Assembly (NCBI RefSeq): GCF_009914755.1
Contig: NC_060939.1
DNA from: the human T2T-CHM13v2.0 reference genome, Homo sapiens
Reading direction: 5' to 3' (one strand)
DNA length: 64,000 nt
Part shown: piece after piece, positions 12,425-24,879 of the stretch
Layout: each line of letters begins with the position of its first letter
How positions within the stretch are numbered: position 1 is the stretch's first letter
The notes under the pieces: model-generated
What the model was told of the DNA's origin: nothing
Seen by the model: only the letters and a program-made list of their open reading frames with translations
The model's database searches: none
Position numbers and translations under genes: made by a program

Positions 12425-12817
12425 TTTTTTTATTCTTTGTCCCTAGCAAAGGTGACTGTGGAACAACGAGATGGATTGATGTCCTGGAAAGTGATGAGGG
12501 AGATCGGGGCCCAGCTTCACACATCGCAGCCAATGTCCTCCACTCTGACCTGGAGGGCACCACCTTGCAGTGTGAGGGGCCTCAGGCGCCACATCCATTA
12601 ACTCCTTGGCTTCTCGTTTGAAACTGACAATGAGGTGACATGGGCAACTGTCCACATGGAACAGGACAGAGACCATCAACTCATTCCACATGGGCTACCA
12701 GACAGCACCTAGAGGTAATAACATTCTGTCAATAGTGACCTGGGTTGGATTCAAATCAGTGATTTAGGGGTGAAAGGCTCTGGATTCTATTATGAAGTGC
12801 CCTTAGCTATCTAAGGG
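12425..12817 (-). mobile_element. LF-SINE (LFSINE_Vert), near full length, tRNA-derived ancient SINE
   Basis: Minus strand reads gatagctaaggg...cagagcctttcacccctaaatcactgatttgaatccaacccaggtc (tRNA head; B-box-like gatttgaatcc at 12747-12757), then tgtggaatgagttgatggtctctgtcctgttccatgtggacag (12648-12690), gccaaggagttaatgg, ggtggtgccctccaggtcagag (12543-12564), ccaggacatcaatcc, cacctttg and an A-rich end. These blocks are colinear with the LF-SINE consensus as I recall it. Confidence 0.85.
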
Positions 12818-15669
12818 CTGAAAAACCATTCCTTTACCACAGTTAATGATAGAATCTAAAAAGTCAGTCTAGTTTTTTTCCTTCTATTCTCCTTTAAAAA
12901 TTGAATACAACTTTGGATGATCTAGGAATGACTCAGCCAGTAGAACATGGTGGAGAATATTAGTGAATATGCTTCAATTCAACTAAGTATACTGTGTGGA
13001 TGTCCATAACACACATCCACATTGCTTTTTTCCTTCCTTTTTCCCCTTCTTCCTTCTTTCCTGCTTTTCTTCCTTAGCATAGAGTTTTCTGAACTGAATA
13101 TAGGTACAGGTTGTTATTAGAATCAACTTTTTTTAAATTAAGGCCAAATTAATGACTCTCCAACAAGACAAACCTCTGTTTTCAGGGGCTTACTATAGGC
13201 TCACCAAGAATAAGGTGACTATTCCATATAGTCAGGCTAATAGAAGAGACAGTACTTCCATGTCGGGGTCCCAAAGATGTTTGGCTCAACCCAGGGTGGG
13301 AGAGTTAGACAAACCCTAAACCTGTGGGGTGAAAGCAAAGAGACCATTCCCCACATCTGTGTGTTTATACCATTAGCTAGAATGAAATGTGTGCTTTTCA
13401 AACAAAATGCTTCCTAAAGGTCATGGGGTCCATTTTTCTTCCACCAGTTTGCTTTTCTTTCTTCTACTCTGCCTGTTTGAATCTTAACCTTGTAACTAAT
13501 GACATGGTCTTGGAAATAAATGAACAATTCAGCTAGGACTACTTGGAAATTAAGATAAGATAACTAGAAAAGCTGTGGTTCTCTCTTAGAGACCAGAAAC
13601 TAGAATGGCGATAATATTTTAAACTGTTCATTAGGGCTTTGTATCTCTTTGTTCTTCAACTGTACAATCCCTTTAATACGAAGATTTGAAAGTCTTTCTG
13701 AGACAGGCTTCCACTGCCTTCTGCAAGGTGCTGTGCGGTAAATAGATGGTAATAAACACCCTTACTTTTCTGATGAATTTGATGGAGTTGGGGTGAAAGC
13801 TTGCTCTCACTCTCAGCTCTTCATCCTCCTTATTTCTCCAGGATCATGTTTTCATAGGGCTCCCTGATCAAATACTATGCTCAAGATAATTTCTAAGTCA
13901 GCCCTCTTTGTGGCTGAAAACCTTCAGCCATGAGGGAATAGTCCTGGGGGCACAGCACTGAGCAGAGAAATTAGCAGCCTCCAACAGGGAAGGATGTTTA
14001 GGGGTGTCAGAAAGGCTCATATGATCCTACATCCATCCATGATCAAGGCCTGAAATTCTGTGTAGAACTTCATCCTTTAATATTAATCCCTATTACAATA
14101 TAGCTGAACCCAAGAGGACTGTCATATATTTTAGTGTGAATGGTCTAACAGGACACAACTGAGGGAGTGGGAATGGGGGTGGGGAAGGAGTAGACAACGA
14201 ATGAAGGAACTCATCTGGACACCAGCTGAAAAGAGGGGGCAGAGGATAAAATCTCTGGAAACCTCTTTGGCCAAAGAGAAATGTTACCTACTTTGCAGTT
14301 TTGCCCAAATAGGCTTAAGGTCAATTGGCCCTGGCCTCATGGTCTGGCACACTAGTGTTTTATGGTTCTCAAGCTACTGCATAGGTACTTGTGGAACACT
14401 CCACTGGGTTTCTCTGTCTACTGATTTAACCTAGTTAACAAAGTATTTTACATGTGAAATGCTTGGCTAAAACAGCTCTGTCTGCAAATGTGTAAAGATA
14501 TTTCAAAGAGCTGAGAAAGACTGAACAGCAGCACTCAGAGAAGCCCTTGAATAATAAAGCATGGCTGTTATTTTGGCAGAGACTGGAGAGAAGGCATTTG
14601 TGGTTGGAAGCTGTTTGTAGATGGGAATCCACGGAGGCCATTTGTGTAAGACAAACCTAGAGTGGGGTGCATACCCTTTCCATCCTTTGCTCACTCTCCC
14701 TTTCCCTCATTTATATAGTGTGCATAATTCACAAAGCATACACATTCATTATTTTATCTGAGCTACATAGCTTCTGTATAGAAAAATCTGGAGAGATTTA
14801 AGAAACAAATAAACATTCCTTCTTGCTTTGTTCATCCCACAAAGAGACCTGATCTATCTGTTCAGAGCCAAATGGATGTAATTAGGTGAAGAATCGCTTT
14901 CTCTGTATCTGAGCAAATATGTTTTGCAGTGCACCAATTTCTCAAGGGCAGTGGGCTGGGACGGCCAGTGACTGCTGGGGGATGGCTGCTGACCTTCAGG
15001 CCAGGCCGACTTTAATTTGCAGAACACTGCTGGTCCCAGGAGGCTCTTCAGGCCAGGCCACACAATCAACCTGAACCAGCAGCCTGCTGCTGCCCAGCTG
15101 CACCCACCACCCTGCAGGACATGAAGATGTAGCTAACTAGACATAGCTGCTGCACAGACTTTGGAATTATGAATTGAGAAATTAAGCATCATCAGAATTC
15201 AGCCCTTTATACAGCAACCAAGAAGCCTTGTTGTCTCAGTGGTGCCTCTTTCCAACTGCATTATTTAACAGGAGAGTCTCTGTAGATGTTGCATCTACAT
15301 TCCAAGTTTTGATTTCATATCCTGTGTGCTTATTTCAAAAAGTGATGCTTAAAGGGAACATGGCAATTAGATCTAAATTATGTGAATGGCCTGAAAAAGA
15401 AATACTGGCTTAAAGCAATGATGTTTATCTGGGGTCGCAAAATTTTTGGATATGGGAGACTCCTGCCATCTCTAGATGAGAAAGGAACTGAAATGTTTCC
15501 TAGCTGATCTGATTATCACAGTCAACTTAATGACCTGGTCGGGCTGCCACATGATCAGTCCAGTTGATTGCTGCGTAATCGATCAAAATGATAAAAAAAA
15601 AAAAAAAGCAGACTGAGTGGGCAGAGACGAATTCAGTTATGGCACCCAGACACTGCCTTTGTGTGTACA

Positions 15670-15674
<5 letters not shown>

Positions 15675-15708
<34 letters not shown>
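15675..15708 (+). repeat. (GT)17 microsatellite
   Basis: 34 nt of uninterrupted GT. Confidence 0.98.
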
Positions 15709-15714
<6 letters not shown>

Positions 15715-16227
15715 GCATGTGAAAAAGTGTGTGTATTCTGGTGCTAAAATGTTCTCAACTCAGAAAAATGAAAGACAGACAGCAATTGAAGACAGTTAAA
15801 GCTTGTGTGCCAATTTAAGCCACATAATATTCAGAGAACCTAAATGTCAGGGATAAAAAACTGTAATTGTTGCTATTACATATGGGCAATTGGATTAAAT
15901 GTCAATAAAATGGTAACCACCACATGTTGTTAGATGGGAATTTGAGGAATAAAATTATCTTGAATGCATACTACGCATAGAAAACAACAGGAATGTAAAT
16001 GTAAATAAAAGGGCAGTGTATTATTTTTGGATGGGCTGGGTCTCAAACTCAGAAAAAATGATGATATCCTTTGTATCCTTGGTAGTTTATACTTGACTTC
16101 CTATAGTATTTATTTATGACACTAAAAAACCCCAAAAACCAAAAACCAAAAACTGTTTATATGTCTGGCTTCCTACTAGATGTTGAGAGTAATTGGGGCC
16201 AACAGCAGTGTCTTCTTTTTATTCTTT

Positions 16228-16465
16228 ATAATGATAATAATAGTTAACAGAGCACCTGCTATTGCTAGGCACTCTTCTACAGATAACCCATTTGACTTTC
16301 ATAACCCTAAGGGATAGACACTATTATTAAGTCCATTACACAGATGAGGAAAATAAGGCACAGAGAGGTTGAACAACTTGCTCAAGATCACAGAGCTTGT
16401 TCATGGTAGATCCAGGATTCAGGTGCAGGCAGTCTGGCTCTAGAGTGTTTTGAAACACTCTACTG
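16228..16465 (-). mobile_element. MIR inserted into an L2 3' fragment (+, ~16150-16527)
   Basis: cagatgaggaaaataaggcacagagaggttgaacaacttgctcaagatcacagagc...ggattcaggtgcaggcagtctggctctagag; ttattcttt is repeated on both sides. Confidence 0.85.
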
Positions 16466-16749
16466 TCTTATTCTTTGCAATACTTACACTATAAATGGTA
16501 TGTGCTCCATAATGTTACTGAATGAAGGTGTCAGCCAGTAAAGCTCAGCTTATGCCTTTACAACTATAAACATCAACATATAGGAAGAGTTAAGCAATCT
16601 GGTTTTCAGTCTCAGAGTGTGCTCACCTCTAGGGTTATGTGGACAGTCTATGGAGGCCAGAATAACAATTCTGCGGGTATAAACTCATAACACTTGCCTT
16701 AAAGGTGTTTAATAAGTAACGGTTACTTTTCTGCTGCTTCTTGTCTTTT

Positions 16750-17340
16750 TAAATTTGTACTCCACTTTTTAGAGATTTGATGTAGTTTGTAAAACATATA
16801 CAATAAAATAAAATTAAAAATTAAAATTACACCAAATATGAATACAATAGAATATAAAGAGGAAGGGGAAGGGCACAAACAGGCAGATCTTAGAGTTCTA
16901 CTAAAATATCATACTTGCCCACTGAAGTTGATACTGAGCTTTCTAGTAGCCAAGGCAAAGAGATATGAGTTACATGTTCACATTGCCTATGAGAGAAAGT
17001 ACTGAGGGTGGGGAAGGAGGAATACACTTGTTCCTCAGAGAAAACAAAGCTTTTTCTTACTCTGTGTCTTAAAGATAGTTCTCATCCGTATTAACATATG
17101 AAGACTATGCAGTGATTAAATAGATAATGTCCTCAATAACTTTATGAAAAAAAGTAATATACTTCAGAAACTTGTTTTCTATAGCATGTCTTTATTTAAG
17201 CCAAGGGGAAAGGCCATAGCACAATTCAGTGAATGCAATTCTGTGACAGGCTACGAAGGTAAGAAAGGCAAATTTTAGATAGTGTGGTTTGATCCCAAGA
17301 TGCAGTCCTGAATAGTTAGATTAATGGTTAAGTGCTCTGT
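16750..17340 (-). mobile_element. Ancient LINE 3' region, L4 (RTE-X)-like
   Basis: ttgtactccactttttagagatttgatgtagtttgtaaaac and tgagctttctagtagccaaggcaaag resemble the L4 3' end; very diverged. Confidence 0.4.
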
Positions 17341-18528
17341 TAATCCAGTAGAGGTGGCACAGTACTAAAAGAGAAGTAAGCCCAATGTCTTATAATTTCG
17401 CTTGTCCTAGAAATTTAGTGATTGGACGTTCACAGTTATATGCTTTGGCGGGAGCCTGGTGTGCATGTATTGTGAGTTGCTGATTAAGGAATAATTCTAA
17501 TGCTTAAAGTTCAGCTGAGCAGACGGTAGATCTATCTCTTCTGTGAACATTAGCTTATTCAAATGCTCACATAACTGGGCAGTCTTCAAATTCTACATGG
17601 AGTGCTGTGATGATGATGATTTAGCCAAGAATCTAATTGGAAAGATAAATTACCTATGGACTCTCATTTTGAGTTTACATTGACATATTCACTCTCCCTT
17701 TTCAAACAAACATTTTTTGGCCCTTATTTTCAGTGACTATCTTTTCAGGAACAAACACAATTTAAAATGTTTAAAATTTATTTATTTATTTTTCATGTGA
17801 TTTATAATTGACACATAATAATTGTATATGTTTATAGGGCACAGTGTGACATTTCAATGCATGTGGACATTGTATAATGATCAAATCAGGGCAGCTAGCA
17901 TGTCCATCACCTCAAACCTTTATCACCTTTTTGTGGTGATAACTTTTAAGATCTTTTTAGAAGCTATTTTGAAATATACAGTACATTGTTATTAGCTATA
18001 GTCACTCCACTATGTCATAAACACCAGATATTATCCCTTTGTTGGATGCATGGTTGCAAATATTTTCTCTCATTCTGTAGGTTGTCTCTTAACTCTGTTG
18101 ATTGTTTCCTTTGTTGTGCAGAAGCTTTTTTGTTTGATGTAATCCCATTTGTCTGTTTTTGCTTTTGTTACCTGTGCTTTGAGGTCCTATCCAAAAACCC
18201 TTGCCCAGACCAGTGTAATGAAGCATTTCCCCTGTGTTTTCCTCCAGTTGTTTTATAGTTTTGTGTATTATACTTAGGTCTTTAATGCAAAGGTTTGAGT
18301 TGTTTTTGTATAAGATGAGAGATTCTTCTGCATGTGGATATCTAGTTTTCCCAGCATCATTTATTGAAAAGATTGTCTTTTCCACAATATGTGTCCTTGG
18401 CACTTTGTTGAAAATAGGTTGGCTGTAAATGCATGGATTTATTTTGGAGTTCCCTATCCTGTTCCATTGGTCTATGTGTCCATGTCTGTTTTAATGCCAG
18501 TATCATCCTGTCTTGGTTACTATAGATT

Positions 18529-18740
18529 TGTGTGTGTGTATGTGTGTGTGTGTATATATATATATAGACATATATGTATATGTAAATGTATATACATATA
18601 TAAAGTATATGTAAATGTATATGCAAATATATAAATGTATATGTAAATGTATATACATATATAAATAACATATTTATGTAAATATATATAACATATATTA
18701 TATAAATGTATATTTATATATTATATATAAATATATGCAT
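18529..18740. repeat. Compound (TG)n/(TA)n low-complexity tract
   Basis: tgtgtgtgtgtatgtgtg followed by imperfect tatatgtaaatgtatatacatatataaa units. Confidence 0.9.
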
Positions 18741-19037
18741 TTCTTTTGAGACAGGGCCTTGCTCTGTTGCCTAGGCTGGACAACAGTAGTGCAATCATGG
18801 CTCACTGCGGCCTCGACCTCCCAGGCTCAAGTGATACTCCCGCCTCAGCCTCCTGAGTAGATGGGACTGCAGGTGTGTGACACCACATTCAGCTAATATT
18901 TTTGTGTATCTTTTGTAGAGATAGGGTTTTGCCATGTTTCCCAGGCTGGCCACAAACTCCTGGGCTCAAGCAATCTGCCTATCTCAACCTCCCAAAGTGC
19001 TGGGATTACAGGCCACTGTGAGCCACTGTGCCTAGCC
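18741..19037 (-). mobile_element. AluJ
   Basis: ctcactgcggcctcgacctcccaggctcaagtgat and actcctgggctcaagcaatc are J diagnostics. Confidence 0.93.
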
Positions 19038-19324
19038 TGTAGTGTATTTTGAAGTCAGGTAGTGTGATGCCTCCAGCTTTGTTCTTTTTGCTCAAGATTT
19101 CTATGGCTATTTGGGATCTTCTGTAGTTCCACAAAAATTTTAGAATTGATGTTTCTATTTCTGTGAGGAATGTCGTTAGTATTTTGACAGGGATTGTGTT
19201 GAATCTGTAGATTGCTCTGGGTAGTATGGACATTTTAATGATGTTAATTCCTCTAATCCATGAACACAGGATATCTTTCCATTTTTTTGTGTCTTCTTCA
19301 ATTTCTTTTTTTTAATTTTAAGAA

Positions 19325-19510
19325 GTTAGTATTTACTCTGATACCAAAACCAGACAAAGAGAGCACACACAAAGAAGGAGAAAACTGCCAACCAATATTC
19401 ACCATAAAGATGCAAAATCCTTAACAAAATATTAGCAGATAGAATTAGTCAGTATATAAGAATTACACAACATAATGAAGTGGGGTTTATTTCAAGGATG
19501 CATAGCTGAT
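19325..19510 (+). mobile_element. Old L1M ORF2 fragment
   Basis: ctctgataccaaaaccagacaaag...gatgcaaaatccttaacaaaatattagca (RT-domain region). Confidence 0.75.
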
Positions 19511-22500
19511 TTTTTTCTTTCAGTTTTTATTTTAAATTCAGGGATACTTGCAGTACAGGTTTGTTACATAGGTAATCTTGTGTCATGGGGATTTGTTGTA
19601 CAGATTATTTTGTCACCAAGGTATTAAGCTGAGCACCCATTAGTTATTTTTCCTGATTTCCTGCCTCCTCCCACCCTTCACCCTCTTCTAGGCCCCAGTG
19701 TGTGTTGTTTCCTTCTATGTGTTCATATATTCTCATCACTTAGTTCCCACTTATAAGTGAGAACATGCAGTATTTGGTTTTATGTTGCTGCATTAGTTTG
19801 CTAAGGATAATGGCCCCCAGCTCCATCCATGTCTCTGCAAAGTGATGTGATGTCATTCTTTTATATGGCTGCATAGTATTCCGTGGTGTATATGTACCAC
19901 GTTTTCTTTATCCAGTCTGCCATTGATGGGCATTAGGTTCCATGCCTTTGCTATTATGAATAGTGCTGCAAGGAACATATGCGTGCATGGGTCTTTATGA
20001 TAGAACAATTTATATTCCTCTGGGTATTTACCCAGTGATATGGTTTGACTCTGTGTCTCCACCCAAATCTCATCTCAAATTGTAATCCCTACATGTTGAG
20101 GGAGGGACCTGGTGGGAGGTGATTGGATCATGGAGGCGCTTTCCCCCATGCTGTTCTTGTGCTAGTGATGGAGTTCTCATGAGATGTGGTGGTTTTAAAA
20201 GTGGCAGTTTCCCATGTGTTCTCTCTCTCCTGCTGCCTTGTGAAGAAGGTACTTGCTTCTGCTTTACCTTCTTCCATGACTGAAAATTTCCTGAGGCCTC
20301 CCCACCCATGGAAAACTGTGAGTTAATTAAACCTCTTTCATTTATGAAATATTCAGTCTCAGGTATTTCTTCATAGCAGTGTGAAAATGGACTAATGCAC
20401 CCAGTAATGAGATTGATGGGTTGAATGGTATTTCTGTTTTTAGGTCTCGAGGCCTCAATTATCACACGGTCTTCTGCAATGGCTGAACTAATTTACACTC
20501 CCACAAACAGTGTATAAGCATTCCTTTTTCTCCACAACCTCTATAGCATCTGTTATTTTTTGACTTTTTAATAATAGCCATTCTGCCTGGTATGAGATGG
20601 CATCTCATTGTGGTTTTGATTTGCATTTCTCTAATGATCAGTAATGTTGAGTTTTATTTCACATACTTCTTAGCTGTATGTATGTCTTCTTTTGAGAAGT
20701 GCCTGTTCATGTCCTTTGACACTTTTTAATGGGGTTGTTTTTTCTTGTAAATTTGTTTAATTTCCTTATAGATCTTGGATATTAGACCTTTGTTGGATGC
20801 ATACTTTGTAAACATTTTCTCTCATTCTGTAGGTTGTCTGTTTGCTCTGTTGATAGTTTCTTTTGCTGTGCAGAAGCTCTTTAGTTTAATTAGATCCCAA
20901 TTTGTCAATTTTTGTTTTTATTGCAATTACTTTTGGTCTTTATCATGAAATCTTTGCCCATGCCTATTTCCTGAATGGTATTGCTTAGATTCCCTTTCAG
21001 AGTTTTTATAGTTTAGGGTTTAACATTTAAGTCTTTAATCCATCTTGAGTTAATTTTTGTGTATGTTGTAAGGAAGGGGTCTAGTTACAATCTTCTGCAT
21101 ATTGCTAGCTAGTTATCCCAGCACGATTTATTGAATAGGGGATCCTTTCCCTATTGTTTGTTTTTGTCAGGTTTGTTAAAGATCAGATAGTTGTAGGTGT
21201 GCAGTCTTATTTCTGGGTTCTCTATTCTGTTCCATTGATCTATGTGTCAGTTCTTATACTAGTACTATGCTGTTTTGGATACCATAACCCTGTAGATTTG
21301 TTTGAAGTCAGATAGCATGATGCCTTCAGCTTTGTCCTTTTTGCTTAGAATTGCCTTGACTATTCAGGCTCTTTTTTGGTTCCATATGAATTTTGAAATA
21401 GTTTTTTCTAGTCCTGTGAAGAATGTCAGTGGTAGTTTAATGGGAATAGCATTGAATCTATAAATTGCTTTCTTCAGCAGGGCCATTTTTATGATACTTA
21501 TTCTTTCTATCCATGAGGATGGAATATTTTTCCATTTGTTTGTGTCATCTCTGATTTCCTGGAGCAGTGGTTTGTAGTTCCTATAGAGATTTTTCACCTC
21601 CCTAGTTAGCTGTATTCCTAGGTATTTTATTCTTTTTGTGGCAATTATAAATGGGAGTTTGTTCATGATTTGGCTCTTGGCTTGGCTGTTATTGGTGTAT
21701 AGGAATGCTGGTGATTTTTGCACATTGATTTTATATCCTGAGACTTTGCTGAAGTTGCTTATCAGCTTAAGAAGCTCTTGGGCTGAGCTGATGAGTTTTT
21801 CTAGATATAGGATTATGCCATCATCAAACAGGGTAGTTTGACTTCCTCTTTTCCTATTTGAATGCCCTTTATTTCTTTCTCTTGCCTGATTGCCCTGGCC
21901 AGAACTTCCAATACTATGTTGAATAAGAGTGGTGAGATAGGGCATCCTTCTCTTGTGCTGGTTTTCAAGGGGAATGATTCCAGCTTTTGCCCTTTCAGTA
22001 TGATGTTGGCTGTGGGTTTGTCGTAGATGGGTCTTACTATTTTTAGGTATGTTTCTTCAGTACCTAGTTTATTGAGTTTTTATCATGAAGGGATGTTGAA
22101 TTTCACTGAAAGCCCTTTCTGAATCTATTGAGATAGTCATGTGGTTTTTGTCTTTAGTTCTGTTTATGTGAGGAATCCCATTTATGGATTTGTATATGTT
22201 GAACCATCCTTGCATCCTGGGATGAAGCCTACTTGATTGTGGTGGATAAGCTTTTTGATGTGCTGCTTGATTTGGTTTGCCAGTATTTGGTTGAGGATTT
22301 TTGCATCAATATTTATCAAGAATATTGGCCTGAAGTTTTCTTTCTTTATTGTATCTCTGCCAGGTTTTAGTATCTAGATGATGCTGGCCTCATAGAATGA
22401 GTTAGGGAGGAGTCCTTTATTTTCATTTGTTTTGGAATAGTTTCAGTAGAAATGGCACCAACACTTATTTGTGTATCTGGTAGATTTATCTGTGAATCCA

Positions 22501-24876
22501 TCTGGTCCTGGGCTTTTTTTGGTTGGTAGGCTATTTATTATTGCCTCAATTTCAGAAATAATTATTGGTCTGTTCAGGGCATCAATTTTTTCCTGGTTCA
22601 GTCTTGGGAAGGTGTGTGTTTCCAGGAATTTATCCATTTCTTCTATTTTTTTTAGTTTAGGTGTTCATAATATTCTCTGATGGTTGTTTTGTATTTCTTT
22701 GGGGTCAGTGGTAATATCTCCTTTATCATTTCTGATTGTATTTATTTGAATCTTCTATTTCTTCTTTATTAGTCAAGGTAGCGGTCTATTTTATTAAGTT
22801 TTTCAAAAAATAAGCTCCTGGATTTGTTAATCTTTTGAATGGCTTTTCACATCTCTATCTCCTTCAGTTTAGCTCTGATCTTGGTTATCTCTTGTCTTCT
22901 TCTGGCTTTGGGATTTGTTTACTCTTGGTTCTTTTAATTGTGATGTTAGGTGGTTTAGTTGAAATTTTTCTAGTTTTCGATGTGGGCATTTAGTGCTATA
23001 AATTTCCCTCTTAACACTACCTTAGCTGTGTCCCAGAGATTCTGATATGTTGTATCTTTGTTCTCATTAGTTACAGAGAACTTCTTGATTTCTGCCTTAA
23101 TTTCATTATTTACCCAAAAGTCATTCAGGAGCAGGTTATTCAATTTCCATGTAATTATATGGTTTTGAGTGAGTTTCTTAATCTTGAGTTCTAATTTGAT
23201 TCTGCTGTGGTCCAAGAGGCTGTTTTGATTTCAGTTCTTTTGCATTTGCTGAGGAATGTTTTACTTCCGATTATGTGATCGATCTTAGAGTAAGTGCCAT
23301 ATGGAAATAAAAAGAATGTATAGTCTACTGTTTTTTGGTGGAAAGTTCTGTAGTATTTATCAGGTTTGTTTGATCCAGTGCTAAGTTCAGGTCCTGAATA
23401 TCTTTGTTAATTTTCTGTCTCAATGATCTAATATTGTCACTGGGCTGTTAAAGTCTCCCACTATTACTATATGGAAGTCTAAGTCTCTTTGAAGGCCTCT
23501 AAGAACTTGCTTTATGAATCTGGGTGCTCCTGAGTTGGGTACATATATAGTTAGTATAGTTAGGTCTTCTTGTTGAATTGAACCCTTTACCATTATGTAA
23601 TGCCCTTCTTTGTCTTCTTTGATTTTTGTTGATTTAAAGTCTGCTTTGTCAGAAACTGGGATTGCAACCCCTGCTTTTTTCTGTTTTCCATTTGCTTGGT
23701 AGATTTTCCTTCATCCCTTTATTTTGAGCCTATGTGTGTCATTGCATGTGAGATGGGTCTCTTGAATACAGCATACCAATGGTTCCTGGTTCTTTATCCA
23801 GCTTGCCACTCTGTCTTTTAATTAAGGCACTTAACTCATTTACGTTTAAGGTTAGTATTGATATGTCTGGATTTGATCCTGTCATCCTGATGTTAGCTGG
23901 TTAGTTTGAAGACTTGTTTATGTGGTTTCTTTATAGTGTCACTGGTCTGTATACTTCATTGTGTTTTTGTAGTTAGCTGGTAACAATCTTTCCTTTTCAC
24001 ATTATTGGTATCTTCAGCAGGTCTTGTAAGGCAGGTCTGGTGGTAACAAATTCCCTCAGCATTTGCTTGTCTGATAAGAATCTTATTTCTCCTTCACTTA
24101 TGAAGCTTAGTTTGGTTGCATATGAAATTCTGGGTTGGAAATTATTTTCTTTAAGAATATTGAATATTTGCACCCTATCTTTTCTGTATTGTAGGGTTTC
24201 TGCTGAGACATCTGCTGTTAGTCTGATGGGCTTCCCTTTATAGGTGACCTGGACTTTCTCTCTGTCTGCTTTTAACATTTTTTCCTCCATTTCAACCTTA
24301 GAGAATCTGATGATTATGTGTCTTGGGGTTGATCTTCTCATGGAGTATATTACTGGGGTTCTCTGCATTTCCTGAATTTGAATGTTGGCCTGATTTGCTA
24401 GGTTGGGGAAATTCTCAATGATGATATCCTGAAATATGTTTTCCAAATTCCCCATCTTTCTGAGGTACACCAATCAGTCATAGATTCAGATTATTTTCAT
24501 CATCCCAAATTTCTTGAAGCTTTTGTTCATTCTTTTTCATTCTTTTTTTTCTATTCTTGTCTGCCTATCTTATTTCAGAAAACCAGTCTTCAAGCTCTGA
24601 GATTCGTTCCTCTGCTTAGTCTATTTTGCTATTAATACTTGTGATTGCATTATGAAATTCTTGTAGTGTGTTTTTCAGCTCTGTCAGGTCAGTGACATTT
24701 TTCTCTATACTGACTATTTTGTCTGTCAGCTCCTGCAATGTTTTATCATGATTTTTAGCTTCCTTGCTTTGGGTTACAACATACTCTTGTAGCTCAATGG
24801 ACTTTGTACCTATTCGTATTCTGAATTATACTTTTATCATTTCAGCCATCTCAGCCTCAGCCTGGTTCCAAATTCT
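19511..24876 (-). mobile_element. L1PA13-16-like LINE, ~5 kb: 3' UTR, decayed ORF2 and most of ORF1, 5' truncated
   Basis: ORF2 remnants 21364-21945 ([14 protein letters not shown]), 22443-22637 and 22970-23215 ([23 protein letters not shown]); ORF1 remnant 23997-24473 (NFPNLA..QIQEMQRTP, FQPRISY). Many stops and frameshifts. Confidence 0.96.
20036..20399 (+). mobile_element. THE1D-like MaLR solo LTR inserted in L1
   Basis: tgatatggtttg...ggactaatgca, 364 bp; 5-bp TSD cccag at 20031-20035 and 20400-20404. Confidence 0.92.
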
Positions 24877-24879
24877 TGT

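Larger units (their letters stand above)
17775..19306 (-). mobile_element. L1MA-type LINE: 3' UTR joined to ORF2 3' part, interrupted by AluJ
   Basis: L1MA 3' end (attgacacataataattgtatatgtttatagggcacag...) jumps at ~18026 into ORF2 antisense. ORFs 18089-18403 and 19006-19233 are ORF2-like ([26 protein letters not shown]). Confidence 0.9.

Noticed and set aside
12740-12817. tRNA gene
   Set aside because: The A/B-box-like head belongs to the LF-SINE; no cloverleaf is evident and the B box is mutated. The 8-bp hairpin gcccttag/ctaagggc at 12799-12818 is too short to be meaningful.
19306-19510. Twin-priming 5' inversion of the L1MA element
   Set aside because: The geometry fits, but the + fragment looks more diverged and does not resume after the L1PA insertion, and I found no TSD.
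21364-24473. Long ORFs (193 aa, 158 aa) as genes
   Set aside because: They are fragments of L1 ORF2/ORF1 with many stops and frameshifts.
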